Part shown: positions 1 to 14,334 of the stretch, in pieces | Numbering within the stretch: the first letter of the stretch is position 1 | Layout of the letters: each line of letters opens with the position of its first letter | Assembly: GCA_951406725.2 (NCBI GenBank) | Contig: OX597832.1 | Span: 12,462,001-12,526,000, forward strand | DNA from: Octopus vulgaris | Lineage: Eukaryota | Length of the DNA stretch: 64,000 nucleotides | Direction: 5' to 3' | Made by a program: the position numbers and the translations under genes | Notes under the pieces: model-generated | Database searches by the model: none | Seen by the model: only the letters and a program-made list of their open reading frames with translations | What the model was told of the DNA's origin: nothing

Positions 1-527
1 AATAGAATCAGTTCGTAAGAGGATAAACAAACAATCCAAAATTGCAGGTTTCTACGAGTTTATTTGGACACATTTAGTCGATCTACAAAGCATCATAAAT
101 AGAACGTCAATGAAATCCAAACGTCTCTCTCCTTACTCTTACTAAATTGATTGGAGCTTGACTATTTAGACACCAAGTACTACACACAGAATTCAAAGAA
201 TCATCGCATTTGGTTCGGTTTTCTTTCCTTGCCATTTACTGAGTTTTCTCATTCATTTTACACACATACACACTCACAGACCATACGTACATACACACCG
301 GCACATACACAAATGTAACATTATATATATATATATATGTGTGTACATATATATTCCTCTATATTGTTTTTCAGTCTCTTGCTATCAATCGCTCGCATGT
401 ATCTTACTCAATAGTTCCTTTGTTAAGAAAGAATTGCGCAAATGAAGTTGCTGTTAGCCTGTCTGTATTGCATTTTTTTCTTCACTCTGGCATATCGTGC
501 TCCAATAGACAGATGCACACAAACATA

Positions 528-539
528 TCATATATATAT

Positions 540-590
<51 letters not shown>

Positions 591-636
591 TATATAAAGA
601 CATATATATATATAGAGAGAGAGACATATATATATA

Positions 637-678
<42 letters not shown>

Positions 679-691
679 CACATATATATAC

Positions 692-722
<31 letters not shown>

Positions 723-740
723 CATAGACATATATACATA

Positions 741-771
<31 letters not shown>

Positions 772-843
772 ATATCAACAAAAACGTGTGCATAAACGGA
801 CAACCACATACAAACACACGCACATACACACATATATACATAC

Positions 844-874
<31 letters not shown>

Positions 875-900
875 TATATATATATGTGTGTGTGTGTAAA
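528..900. repeat. Compound (TA)n/(CA)n microsatellite
   Basis: Seen directly. Confidence 0.95.
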
Positions 901-3900
901 TATATATAGGTATATAAGGATTTTTCGAATCTTCTCGTTGTAGGCTTTTATTTTTACTCCAGTAAGAGCACGAAGTACAATACGCTGTGCAAGCACTAGC
1001 AGCAACTTCTTCTTTGATAGTGTGACAGCACACATGTGCAACCAGACACATTAATAATGAGTGCGCATGCGTATGTATATATATGTGCGAGGTTGTGCAA
1101 TTTTCTTGTTGATTTTCTATGTTCTACTTTTCATCTACATTTTATGTACGTACATAATTATATCCGTAGGAGTTTGTACCTTTGTTTCAAGTCGCACAAT
1201 TTATTTCTATTTAACGTAGACCTAGCAGCATTTCTGCATACATCTTTTATTTCTTTTCTCTCCTTCATCTCTCTCTCTATCTCTATCTCTCTCGCTCTCT
1301 CTTTTTCTCTCTTTCCTTCTTTTATGCATACACATGCGCATACATATCTGAACTCATCCATGCGCACATAAATTACATACATTTATGTTTTTTATTATTT
1401 TTCAATAAACGTTGTTTCGTCGTTCACATCGTTGAATGTATTTCACAAGTTCTGCGTGTCTTTACAGACAGATATACAGCAATATACTTACAACGAAATC
1501 TATCTCCAACATATATGTATTCTATGATCTCTAATAGAGCGTGTTCATGAAAACATCCTTTACAGAGCTGGAGTCTGTATGTCTAGTAAACACTATTTTC
1601 CCCCTTATACGTGCAATTACCCACCAATATGTTTATAGGCGTAAATAATTAAAAACACACAAACATCCAAAATTTATTTATACAAATGCGTGTGCGTTTG
1701 TGTGTGTAAGTGTGAATGTATTTGCGTGTGTGTTTGTGTATTCATTAATTAAGCAATATCCATTTGTTTACGTCGCATGTGAAATATATTTACATTTGTC
1801 TTTATAAATTTGTAGATATACTAAATAATGTACCGGACTACAGGTCATAAAATGTTTGCCATTTCTCTTACTAAAGTTAACCTATCGGCAATGCTGAATT
1901 TTAGAGTTGGATCAGACATCTACCAATGACATACGAGAGTTGATTCTTTTATTCTACCTTTAGAATGCCACAGGATGTAGTCTTTTCTCTAAGTACGATC
2001 CATTCATTCTATTAAATTCGTTACCTTTCCAAGTTCCAATTATAGTAATTTTGTTATTCTTTAGCTTGTTACACTGTGTTACAATTTTGCTTTTGTATTT
2101 GGTCAGTAAGTATTTTTTCTTATTTGCTTCTGTCTGGAAATTAAAGGAAATGACGAGTATTTCCTTCGCATTTTGCTTTTGCGACCTAGACATCAATGTT
2201 TTCAAACTGACCTATTTTCCATTACACTTCAGACAGATTGAGAACTAAGTTACTGAAGCGGAAATATCGTTTAGCAAATGTTCTGCTCAATACCAGAGAT
2301 TTCCTAACCAGTTGTTTGATTGTAACCACTTGAGCATGTCCCTCAGTAGTTGAAAATATATACATCTCTGAACCTAAAGAATCCTTCTGAACTCATGTGT
2401 TGAGAGGGATTCTTTAGGTTTTGGATAAATGTAACAAAAGCAAAGCTTGAACAAAATGTTGGCTAATTTTCATACTTTCTAGGGGTAAGCAAATAAGAAA
2501 TAACTATTGCTACCCAGAGTAATAAAAATGTTGTTAGGCAGGGTTATTTACGAAACATATTTGATTAGGGATAAATGTTACTAATTATTTAATGATCATT
2601 TATGACCGTTGAAATGCAGTTTATTTTCCTTCTGTACAGTACCTATGTATATGCGTTGTAGTCGTTCCCAAACGAAAGGCAGTGCTTTGCCTCTCTGGCA
2701 AACATTTTCTCAAATGCCATTGGGATCAACGCCAGTCAACTTGCTGGGAACAATAACATAAATTTCCAGTGAAATTCTTGAGTAACAGCTTTTCTCAAAA
2801 TTACTGGCCTTACCTGCCTAGATGAAGAATTCATTTCAAAGGCGTTCGTCCAAAAGTGTTGCAAGAGAAATGGTAAGAAGTCGGAGAAACTATTTCGTTG
2901 TATTTATTTACTGCCCCCACTCTTTTGATCAGAATTCTCATCTGATCCCAATTGATTTTTCAGTTAATCCGCTTGGGAGAAGACATGTTTAAATATCTGT
3001 GTCGAATTTCCAGTAAAAGTGGTTAGTTAGTGTACCAAATTCACCTTTCTCTATATTAGGTAAATTGTGGTGACGCTCAAAAGAACATTTACACACACAC
3101 ACCAACACACACACGCATGCATACGATTTTACATATGTATGTTTCTATGTATGTATCGACAGTGGGGGCGGACAGTAAGACTTGTATTATTCTGGATGGA
3201 TAGTTGCTACCCAACATCCTGGAGCAATAAAAACATGTTAGTTTCTAGTGATATTTGAATTCAAAAGAGAAAAAAATGCGAACCTGAAAAAACATTCGGA
3301 TTTGGCAAACGATCATACACGGCAGATAGGCTACAGTCAATTGAATATAACCCACGCAGAGTGATTCATCTGTAACTTGTGTCGATAAAACCATCGACAG
3401 ACATGTATTCAGTTGTGCCGTCACTCGGAACTGGTGGCCTAATGCCAGTGCTTGAAATTAAGAGTATTATTATCAATATGTTTTAATGCAGAAATAAAGA
3501 TAGTTTTATATTTGTTATTGCCAGTGGACAAGCAGTCTCCCATTGCAACTGTTCAGAGTAATATTTTTTTTATGAGAATTAAGTGTATTGGTTATTTTTA
3601 TACAGAATATAGATAGCGGTAATACCTTTTGAAGTATGGCCTCTGCCTCTATTTTCAATTTCATATTGATTTATTTTTACAAGTTTCAAATAAGAGCGTA
3701 TAGAGACGAAAAAGTCTGGTGAAAAAGCAATGCAACGAAATATCTAAAACTGTGACTCAAAACTAGGGTCTGGAGCCGTGTGATCAATGATGGAAAACGA
3801 CAATAACGAAATTGAAATGAGCTGACATTAATACACAGAATATCATCGTTTTGTTACCTGTAACACATTGAATAATGTGCTAACAATACTGTGTGATGTC

Positions 3901-5328
3901 GCTTGGAGTAGGCACGGCTGGAACGTCTAACTCTTTTGATATGTACGTCAGTTAGAGAAGAGTTAAAGAGATATTTCGTTATGGTACACAGAGATATAAT
4001 AAACAATCGAAGTGGCAGCAAGCTTGCTGCTGTTGGATCTTCGTACTCTGCCACCTGAGTCGTGATTGAGGAATGAAATCGAATCATCAGTTTGATCAGC
4101 GAGAAAATAATCAGCTTCACTCTATCTCTCACCATCACATTTCACTTTAACATTAAATATTTACAATGAACCGATGCATTAAAAATACTAAATTATTCAA
4201 AAATGTTCAACCAACTATTATTTTTCAATTTCTGAAAACCTCTTTAACAGACAGATAATAACAATTTGGGTTTCAACGTAGAAAAGTAAAGAAAATTATA
4301 TAGTTTTGTTTACACTGAGACATCAGCATAAGTTTATTGAAAAATATAACAAGATTGATAAATGAAAAACAGGTAACCTCTCAGAAGTTCTACATTACTT
4401 TCCAATATTAAACGGCTGTTCATCTTTGACTTTACATGCTAGTTGTTTGTTCTGTTTAAATTCTATACTATAATAATTATTTCATCAAATATATATTATT
4501 AAGGAAAAAATTTAAAAACAGAGGAAGAATAATATAGCAGTTTGAATAATCACGAATCTAAATAATAAGTCGTAGTGGATAGCTTTAGATAATTTAGGAA
4601 GATTAGAATACATAACAAAAAATATGTTTAGCAAAAAGAAAAAAGTTAATTCCAGTATGTCCATATAATTGACTGATGAAAACTTCATTGATATTTTCTG
4701 TCTAAGAATTTGACAATATAATTATAAATCAGTGTCCTCGTTCAGATAATTGAAGATAAACGTAAGTCGTTTTATTTTATCCATTTATACATTATTTTTT
4801 AGTTTTTTTTTTCATTTCTTGTCGTCTCTTCTTTTTAGTATTATTTCCCTATATATATGTATATATATATATATATGTATGTGTATATATATATGTAGGT
4901 ATGCATATATATACACACGTACATTATCATATGATACATATCACATATGTGTGTGGGGGGAGCGATTCTTGGATAATTAACATGATGCTAAACGATACAG
5001 TAGTATCCGACTGGTGGACGCACACGACCATTATCTCAGACGTTACATGACATATACATATATTTACGTAAATGTACGAATACACATTTGATTTAAGAAT
5101 GATGTATCAGGGTTATATATGTATATGTGTATATATATATCTATTCCTGAGATTTATACTAATACATCTGTTTGTTTTGTACACCACCTGTCTTCGTCTT
5201 TTGTTTTTTTCATAAATTCTCCCTATATATATGTATATATATATATATGTATGTGTATATATATATATATGTAGGTATGCATATATATACACACATACAT
5301 ATACATATATACATATACATATGTGTGT

Positions 5329-5413
5329 GTACCTGTATTTCAAAGGGCCGGATAATTAACATCTGTGTCATGCTGAATATCCCCGATACTACGTTAAGGG
5401 TATCACGATGTGT
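5329..5413 (+). mobile_element. Internal fragment of SINE family A (tail type 1 region)
   Basis: gtacctgtatttcaaagggccgg...gctgaatatccccga..ctacgttaagggta matches 5776-5860. Confidence 0.8.
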
Positions 5414-5576
5414 GAGTTACTACATACACGAGAGAAAATCTTTCAAACTTGTCTCTTACATTAGGGCTTACATGTCTCATTGATATAAATTTATTCCCGA
5501 ACATCCATATGTGTTACAGTTATTTTTCAGATTGTTCCATCTAGAGTAATGTCTGAAGAAATATAATATGGACTCG

Positions 5577-5964
5577 GTGGAGGCGCAATGGCCCAGTGGT
5601 TAGGGCAGCGGACTCGCGGTCATAGGATCGCGGTTTCGATTCCCAGACCGGGCGTTGTGAGTGTTTATTGAGCGAAAACACCTAAAGCACCACGAGGCTC
5701 CGGCAGGGGATGGTGGTGATCCCTGCTGTACTCTTTCACCACAACTTTCTCTCACTCTTACTTCCTGTTTCTGTTGTACCTGTATTTCAAAGGGCCGGCC
5801 TTGTCACCCTCTGTGTCACGCTGAATATCCCCGAGAACTACGTTAAGGGTACACGTGTCTGTGGAGTGCTCAACCACTTACACGTTAATTTCACGAGCAG
5901 GCTATTCCGTTGATTCGGATCAACCGGAACCCTCGTCGTCGTAACCGACGGAGTGCTTCCATCC
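5577..5964 (+). mobile_element. tRNA(Arg)-like SINE family A, full length, tail type 1 (OR1/OR2-like octopus SINE)
   Basis: Pol III A box TGGCCCAGTGG and B box GTTTCGATTCC around a TCG anticodon-like loop. Near-identical copy at 47684-48070. TSD-like flanks ataatatggact (5563-5574) and atgatatggact (5965-5976). The family name is from recall. Confidence 0.9.
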
Positions 5965-6584
5965 ATGATATGGACTTGATTAATGATATGGAGGATTTTC
6001 GTATTTCGCTCCTATGTTAAAGACGAAACTTGACCTCAATTATGCTGGAGCCTGGTGTACTTAGGACTTATATCAGGATAAGATATGTTAAGTGTGAAAG
6101 TAGATAAGCATTCATATTCTACTATGAACTTGGCCAAAACATTATGTTAATGTAAATTTAGTCGCTTGGAATGTGGTAAACAGTACCCACTGCAGATGGA
6201 CGTTGCCATCCATATTTACGTGAAATTTATCATATTTGACGACGATAGAGAGGCATTCGTTAAAAGCAACGTATTATGATTACACATTAAGATTACTGAT
6301 CCATTCGGAGCCCATGATATGGCAAGATATTTAGAAACACTGGCTTCACTTTTAGTGAAGGTGTTGTATTTGATGCCATTTTTCTGAGTATATGACCTGC
6401 AGTAAACTACTTTCCAAACCAGCAAGGTTAAATCTCCTTTAATCCACTTTAAATAACTCAATATTGCGGTAATCCCCGTTTATATTGACTTTTATTCATT
6501 TTAATATAAGATATAATACATAAGCGCAAATAGTATGAACATATTTAATCATATAATACATATATTCATACAAGCATACTTACA

Positions 6585-6890
<306 letters not shown>

Positions 6891-6917
6891 CTGATGCATG
6901 TATCTGTATATAATGCG

Positions 6918-7212
6918 ACGTATGTGTGTATGCATATACATGTACATTCGTTATACCATTCATTATAATCTAGGCACATAAACATGTACGACTCTAGAAA
7001 AGGTTAGGTACAATAACGTAGCATTAACAGTGTGATAAAACAACCTTGAATGTATCATGTGTTGGTAAGATGCTGCACTAACATATGTAGGCACCAAATC
7101 CAATTTAAGTCGTGCAATATATTCCAGAGTTATTCGAAAACTGTGTTGACTTGCAATAATTACTGATCTAATTGGATAGCATTCATTCCATTATATTACT
7201 TTTGAAACAAAT

Positions 7213-7263
<51 letters not shown>

Positions 7264-7518
7264 ACAGATTAAGTGCCAAGTAGTGTTTATCTATTAGCTA
7301 AATTTAGTGGGGAGTGTGCACGTATGTGTGTATGCATATACATGTACATTCGTTATACCATTCATTATAATCTAGGCACATAAACATGTACGACTCTAGA
7401 AAAGGTTAGGTACAATAACGTAGCATTAACAGTGTGATAAAACAACCTTGAATGTATCATGTGTTGGTAAGATGCTGCACTAACATATGTAGGCACCAAA
7501 TCCAATTTAAGTCGTGCA
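6918..7518. repeat. 199-bp direct duplication (6918-7116 and 7320-7518)
   Basis: The copies appear identical by eye, offset 402 bp. Confidence 0.93.
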
Positions 7519-7852
7519 TCCACCTCAAGAATAGTTCAAGATACGGCATTGGTACAGAAAAGAAGAAAAATTGGGATTTAAAATTCACGAGAATTGCTCC
7601 AGCAGAGCTTATTAATTGATGTAAACTATGAATACATCATAGCATAATTCCAACATTTTTGGGTAAAATTTGAAGCAGGTGTGATAATTCATATGGTCCA
7701 ATATTACACTGGATTCGTCATCAAGTTTTTACCTGTTCAAATTTATACCTCAAGATGGTGGATTTCTGTTATGATCTAATCAGTGTATACTTCAGTATAG
7801 TTCTAAGGAAACAGCTGTCGCACATTTTAAAATCCTTTTGTGTCATATACAT

Positions 7853-8735
<883 letters not shown>

Positions 8736-9544
8736 CAGATATAAAGAGAAAGGGAGAGATTATGTAACACATATTAGTCATTTATATATCATGCATTACA
8801 AATTAATCCCCTCTGGGTCTCCTCCATATTTTCGAGAAATTTTTCTGACCGCTATGCATGTAACCAAGCTACTTACATAGAAAAATAGACGTTCCTTTAG
8901 ATTTGATATCATGTGGATAATAGATATGTTTGATTAGATGCTTCGTTTAATGTTGCTGAGGATCTTAATTAAATTAACTAACCAGTATATTATACATATT
9001 ATTCTATATTACATATATATATAGTTTTGTACTGTATAAAATATATCTCTGTTTTCTGTGCAAGTCTTACATTAAAACGAAACTAGACTACTTAACGACG
9101 TGCTTCAACGAAAATTTTCACTTCAAACAACCTCCCACATAAGAGTAATAAAAATCACTGTTATTATTTAGTTCCCAGCATGTATCCATGTCGACTCCAT
9201 AACTACAATACTTGATGAGCAAAGGAGGGTAGCTGTATCTTGTTAAATGTAAACCTGAAAGCAGTGCTTTCATTTAGAACACTTGTGACGTCTTAAAATA
9301 ATTCTCGTTTTAACATTGAATATTCAAAACGTATCTTCTTTTGTACAAATGATATTTCATTATATTTTCCTCATTCACCATACATAAAGGGGTGCAATAA
9401 TAAAATGTTTTGATAACGATTCAAATAATTCCGATGATAAATTAACATAAACGAGAAGAAAATTATCAAAATCCATTTTCTCTTACCAATAATGAGAAAA
9501 TTTACCAACAGAATGATGATAGGAAACTGTCTTTGATGCTCCCC

Positions 9545-10085
9545 GTTCAAATGCCTTCGAGGTTGACTTTGTGTTACACCATTTCAGTGTCGATAAAATA
9601 AGTACTAGTTGAGCACTGGGGTTAATATTATCGAACTATCCTCCTCTAATATATGCCATGCGAATATAGCAAAAAGAATGATTATTAAGGTGCCGAGCTC
9701 GCAGGATTTTTATCACACAGGAGAACATTCGTAGCGGCATTTTTTCAGGTGCTTTAATCTCTTGGCTCAAACTTTGCCTTTCATCCTTTGGATATCAATA
9801 AAATAAAGTACCAGTTTAGTATTAGATGAATGTAAACCTCTCCCCCAAATATCATACATTGTACCTATAATAGAAAGTATTATTACTTAAGGCGGTGTTC
9901 TTGCAGAAACGTCATCAAGTCGGATAAAATGTTCTGAGTTCGGTTTTACGTTCTGAGTTCCAATTCTGCCAATATCGGTTTTACTTTTATTATTTTGGAG
10001 GTCGATGACGTAAGTAGCATTTGAGCACTTAGGTAGATGAAATCGAGTAGCCTCTCCTACCATTATTTCGGTCCTGTTATTTATT
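9545..10085 (+). mobile_element. Three head-to-tail degenerate old SINE-B copies
   Basis: Recurrent degraded cores (gtcgataaaataagtactag; ttgcctttcatcctttgg; ggaggtcgatgacgtaagtagc). Heads aaggtgccgagctcgcag (about 9687) and aaggcggtgttcttgcag (about 9889) follow attatt-type tails. Confidence 0.65.
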
Positions 10086-10849
10086 TCTATGGACTATTAT
10101 TATTACTGTTATTATTATTAGTTGTAGTCGGAGGAAGAGAAGGTGGTGAAAGGGAAGGAGAAGAAAGAGGAAGAGGAATCACAACAGCGGCGATAGCAGT
10201 TTCAGGAGCGAAAATACAATTATCCAGAGAAAAAAAATGTAAAGGAAATGAAGAAGACCTTGAACAACAGAAGAAATGTCCAATTGCAAACAGTTTATGT
10301 ATTTTTAGCTGTTTTCTAGAAAATGTAATTTTTTATTTCCAATAAGAATTATGTTTTCTATGGCTGCATTGTTCCGATTGCTTCTGTTCCAGTTCAAATT
10401 ACCTAAACATTACCATGACAATTACCGTCACCAAATAAACATTGCACAGGAAATGTTGAAAGGCTACGAAAAAAGGACAAAAAAAAAATTATTAGTACTG
10501 TTGCTGATTTGATGTAGATTTTATTTTGTTGAGGGTTTTAGTTATGTTGGATGATTCTATTGTTCTTTTTTTTTTGGTTAATCATTCTTTTTTTCTGTTT
10601 TATTTTTTTCCAATTATATTTTCGTTCACTGTGATGTTATAATTTAAACACACTAACTGTAATAGCAATTGCAACAGCAACAATATATTATACATTTCAA
10701 TTTCAGTTTAATCAACACGATTAAATTCGTGGTCTGCAGTGTGTAGGAAATTACAGTCTCCTCAAATTCAGTACATCTTTAAAACGTTCTATTCTTGTGC
10801 TAAAAATGTAATCAGCTGAGCATACAAAAGTAGGCACAATAATAAACAC

Positions 10850-11440
10850 AGGCTGACAAATACACAGATACATAACTATATAGGCTCCTTTGCCGTTTAT
10901 TCGATCTATTTTCGAAGCTCTGCTATAACTCTCACTCTCTTCCTGTCTCTGCATCAATCTATTTAGCGCTTGTTCTATTACTCCCTATATTCGATCGAAA
11001 TATAAATAAGCACACACGTTACATAGCAGATGACTTACACATAGTCAATCGAAAGTATTTAAATTATACTTGGGTATCACAAAAATAAATGACAAACGTA
11101 TATATATATATATTGGAAGGTTTAGAGATGATGTACAGGTATTTTATATTAGAAGAAATAAGGTACTTAGAATATCGGATGGTTTTATATTTACAGATAT
11201 TTATTTGTATATTACATGTTTTCATACATCACATAACTTAGATTATGTATTAGCGCTTTCTCCCATTCTAGTGGGGTTTTCAAATCAAACCAGCGATCGA
11301 ATATAGTGAGTAATAGAACAAGTGCTAAAGAGATTGATGCAGAGACAAGAAGAGAGTGAGAGTTATAGCAGAGCTTCGAAAATAGATCGAATGAACGGCA
11401 AAGAGCCTGTATAGTTACGTATCTGTGTATTTGTCAGCCT
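10850..11440. repeat. Long inverted repeat: arms 10850-10997 and 11294-11440, spacer 296 bp
   Basis: The arms are reverse complements with about 8 differences in 148 bp by manual alignment. Confidence 0.93.
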
Positions 11441-11448
11441 ATATACCA

Positions 11449-11502
<54 letters not shown>

Positions 11503-12104
11503 TAGAGTGTGCTTCTCCGGATTTATGTATTTCTACAAACGATCATGTGTGTGCGTGTATGTGTGTACGTGAACGTGTATAGATATATAGATAGATAAAC
11601 TGGCAGAAAATGAGACTGAGAGATATATGTGGATTCACCGCCATCATCATCGATCTCAGTATATGGACAGTGATTGTACAAATCGAGTTAATTTCCATGC
11701 ACCTCCATGTGACTTGATGACCAATATAAATCCATAGGTTTAGTCACAGAGTTTAAATTATTTGTGTCACTTGACATGAAACTCTGAGCCTCATTTCTTC
11801 ATTCTGGTTTCTAAATCCACTCTCATCGCTAAGCTCTTCTTCTCATGAAATATCCACTTGTTTGACTGCAATCATACATGATCCTTCTTTACTTGAGTCG
11901 GTTATTTACAAACAGTTCCCACCCATGCTTATTAAATGCAAGTATCTTTAAATTTCCTTCTCCCATGAATTTGTTACAAATATTTTCCTTTTCTCGCATT
12001 TACATAGATTTGTTTACAGATAACTGGCCTGCATTCAATGACAAAACAATTTGTCGAACCATGCCATGCAAATATGATTTTAATATTAAAAAAATACGAT
12101 ACAC

Positions 12105-12412
12105 GTCGCCCTTTTCAAGCCTAGCCAGGCTCATGGGCTCGGTTTCCAGGTTTTTGTGGCGAATGTCGTTCACCCCAACTGAACGGGGTGCCAGTCCATC
12201 GCTGCGTTACTCAAGAAACAGGAAGAAGGAGAGTGAGAGAAAGTTGTGGCGAAAGAATACAACAGGGTTTACCAGCATCCCCTGCTGGAGCCTCGTGGAG
12301 CTTTTACGTGTTTTCGCCCAATAAACACACACAACGCCCGGTCTGGGGATCGAAACCGCGATCCTCCAACCTCGAGTCCGCTAGCTTAACCACTGGGCCA
12401 TTGCACCTCCAC
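12105..12412 (-). mobile_element. SINE family A head/core with tail type 2
   Basis: Shares about 195 bp of head and core with the 5577 copy, then diverges into gcgatggactggcacccc...ggctaggcttgaaaaggg, which also occurs at 36148-36243. Confidence 0.88.
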
Positions 12413-13687
12413 TGATTTTAACAAAGGACGACTTAATTTGGTCTAACTTGTTGACATCCTGCCATTTGTTTTGGCAATTAATTGTGCACCCTTTCCTTCA
12501 GAGAATGGCTGATGTTTCTCTTCCAGTTCTTCATATTTCACGTGGAGGTTTCTTTACGTTTCATCTATTCGGAGTCTATAAACTCAATGTCACTTAGGCA
12601 CAATGCTCGGTTATAAAATAGTGTAGAGAGACATGTACAGTTAACATAGGCACAGAAAACGATAATGATAGTGCGAATCCTTCGTAGCAGCTCTTTCAAT
12701 GAACTTTTTATATAACACATAAATCATATTTCATCAGGGAAAGACATTGAAATAACAGACTAATTTTCTATGTTTATTTTAAGTACATATGCGCACATGT
12801 TGGTGATTGTGCGTGAGTGTCTGTATTAGTGTGTATCTGTGATTGAATGTGTATGCGTGTGCTTCATTTATTTTCTATAAAATAAAATATTGTCAATTTA
12901 AAATGAAATGAACAAGAATTATTTCCAAAAATCAAAGTAAAAAAATTTTAAAAAGCCTGATGTAATTTCTCTGACTTGCTATAACCTAGTTACTTCGTCT
13001 TCTGGCCACTTATTTCCCTTTCTGCATGTATTGTCTTAATAACAAAATGGATATGACAAAAACAATTGTTACCATTTTGCAGCTACGCTATGCAGATTTA
13101 TGCATGAATACAACAAGAAGAAGAAGAAAGAGAAAAAAGAAAGAAACAAATTTTAATCTAAAACAAAAGAATGTTAGAAATTTCTGAATATTGTTTTGGC
13201 CATTCTAATCATGTCAGTTTTAAATGGAATTTTATTCTGTATGTTTTATTACCTGACGCTATTTCTGGTTTCAAACAGATTCATCTCTGTTAAAATAATA
13301 ATCTATTTATGCCAATAAGTTGACAGGATGCCAAGTATGAAACCAATGAGTAGTGCGAAGCAATTTTGACAGCAATCGTTCTTTTGCTAATTCTTCGGGG
13401 TTCTTGACTTTGTTTTTATATGGCTAACACAATAAACTCAGAATTCAACCATACAAAATCACAAAACAAAAACACAAAACAAAAACAAAGAACAATGTAA
13501 CAAAACACAATACATATATTTGTATATATATGTTTGTGTGCGCATCTGTGTACATTATGTGTGTGTGAGAGTGTGTGAGTGCGTATGTGATCGCGCATGC
13601 GTATATGGTTATAACTTCGTCCATTCCTATGTTTGCCTCCATATTAGCATATATATAACTCATTTCTCATCCCTCCTTCTCTGTCTG

Positions 13688-13744
<57 letters not shown>

Positions 13745-13772
13745 GTGTGTTTATACATTTATACATAGCCTT

Positions 13773-13822
<50 letters not shown>

Positions 13823-13874
13823 AAATATGTATTTATGTATTATGTATATATATATATATGTGTGTGTGTGTATG

Positions 13875-13915
<41 letters not shown>

Positions 13916-14212
13916 AAATATTTCATGTTTGAGTCTATTATGAATATACATACACACATGTAGATTTATCATAGAATTTTGAGTTAGAGGAGAGAAAGCA
14001 TATAGGCTTACCCATTGATTCAGAAACTCTTTTACAATTCTTTATGATGCTTTCATACTTTGATCTCATTCATACCCCACTTGGCAAATCCCCATCGGGG
14101 TTTCTAATCAAAGGGTTAACCGAAGGAAAGTTTCAGAAATTTGTCCCTCGCATAATCAAGCAATTATTCTATCTTTACTAATAATATTACACATCGACAT
14201 TCAATAACAGCG

Positions 14213-14263
<51 letters not shown>

Positions 14264-14288
14264 GCTGCTGCTGCTGATGATGATGCTG
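14213..14288. repeat. (CTA)n(CTG)n(ATG)n trinucleotide tract
   Basis: Seen directly. Confidence 0.95.
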
Positions 14289-14334
14289 CGGCTGTTGAGG
14301 CTCCGACTGCTGCTGCTCTTAGCAGTAATATGAA

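Noticed and set aside
5579-5655. Possible tRNA-Arg gene
   Set aside because: The acceptor stem does not close, and the sequence continues into a multicopy body with TSDs. It is a SINE head.
5661-5913. Repeated ORFs MFIERKHLK... and MVVIPAV..., also at 47767-48019
   Set aside because: They lie inside SINE-A copies and recur only because the repeat recurs.
8922-8934. 13-nt match to the 5' part of miR-190 (agatatgtttgat)
   Set aside because: The match stops there and no complementary arm or hairpin is present.
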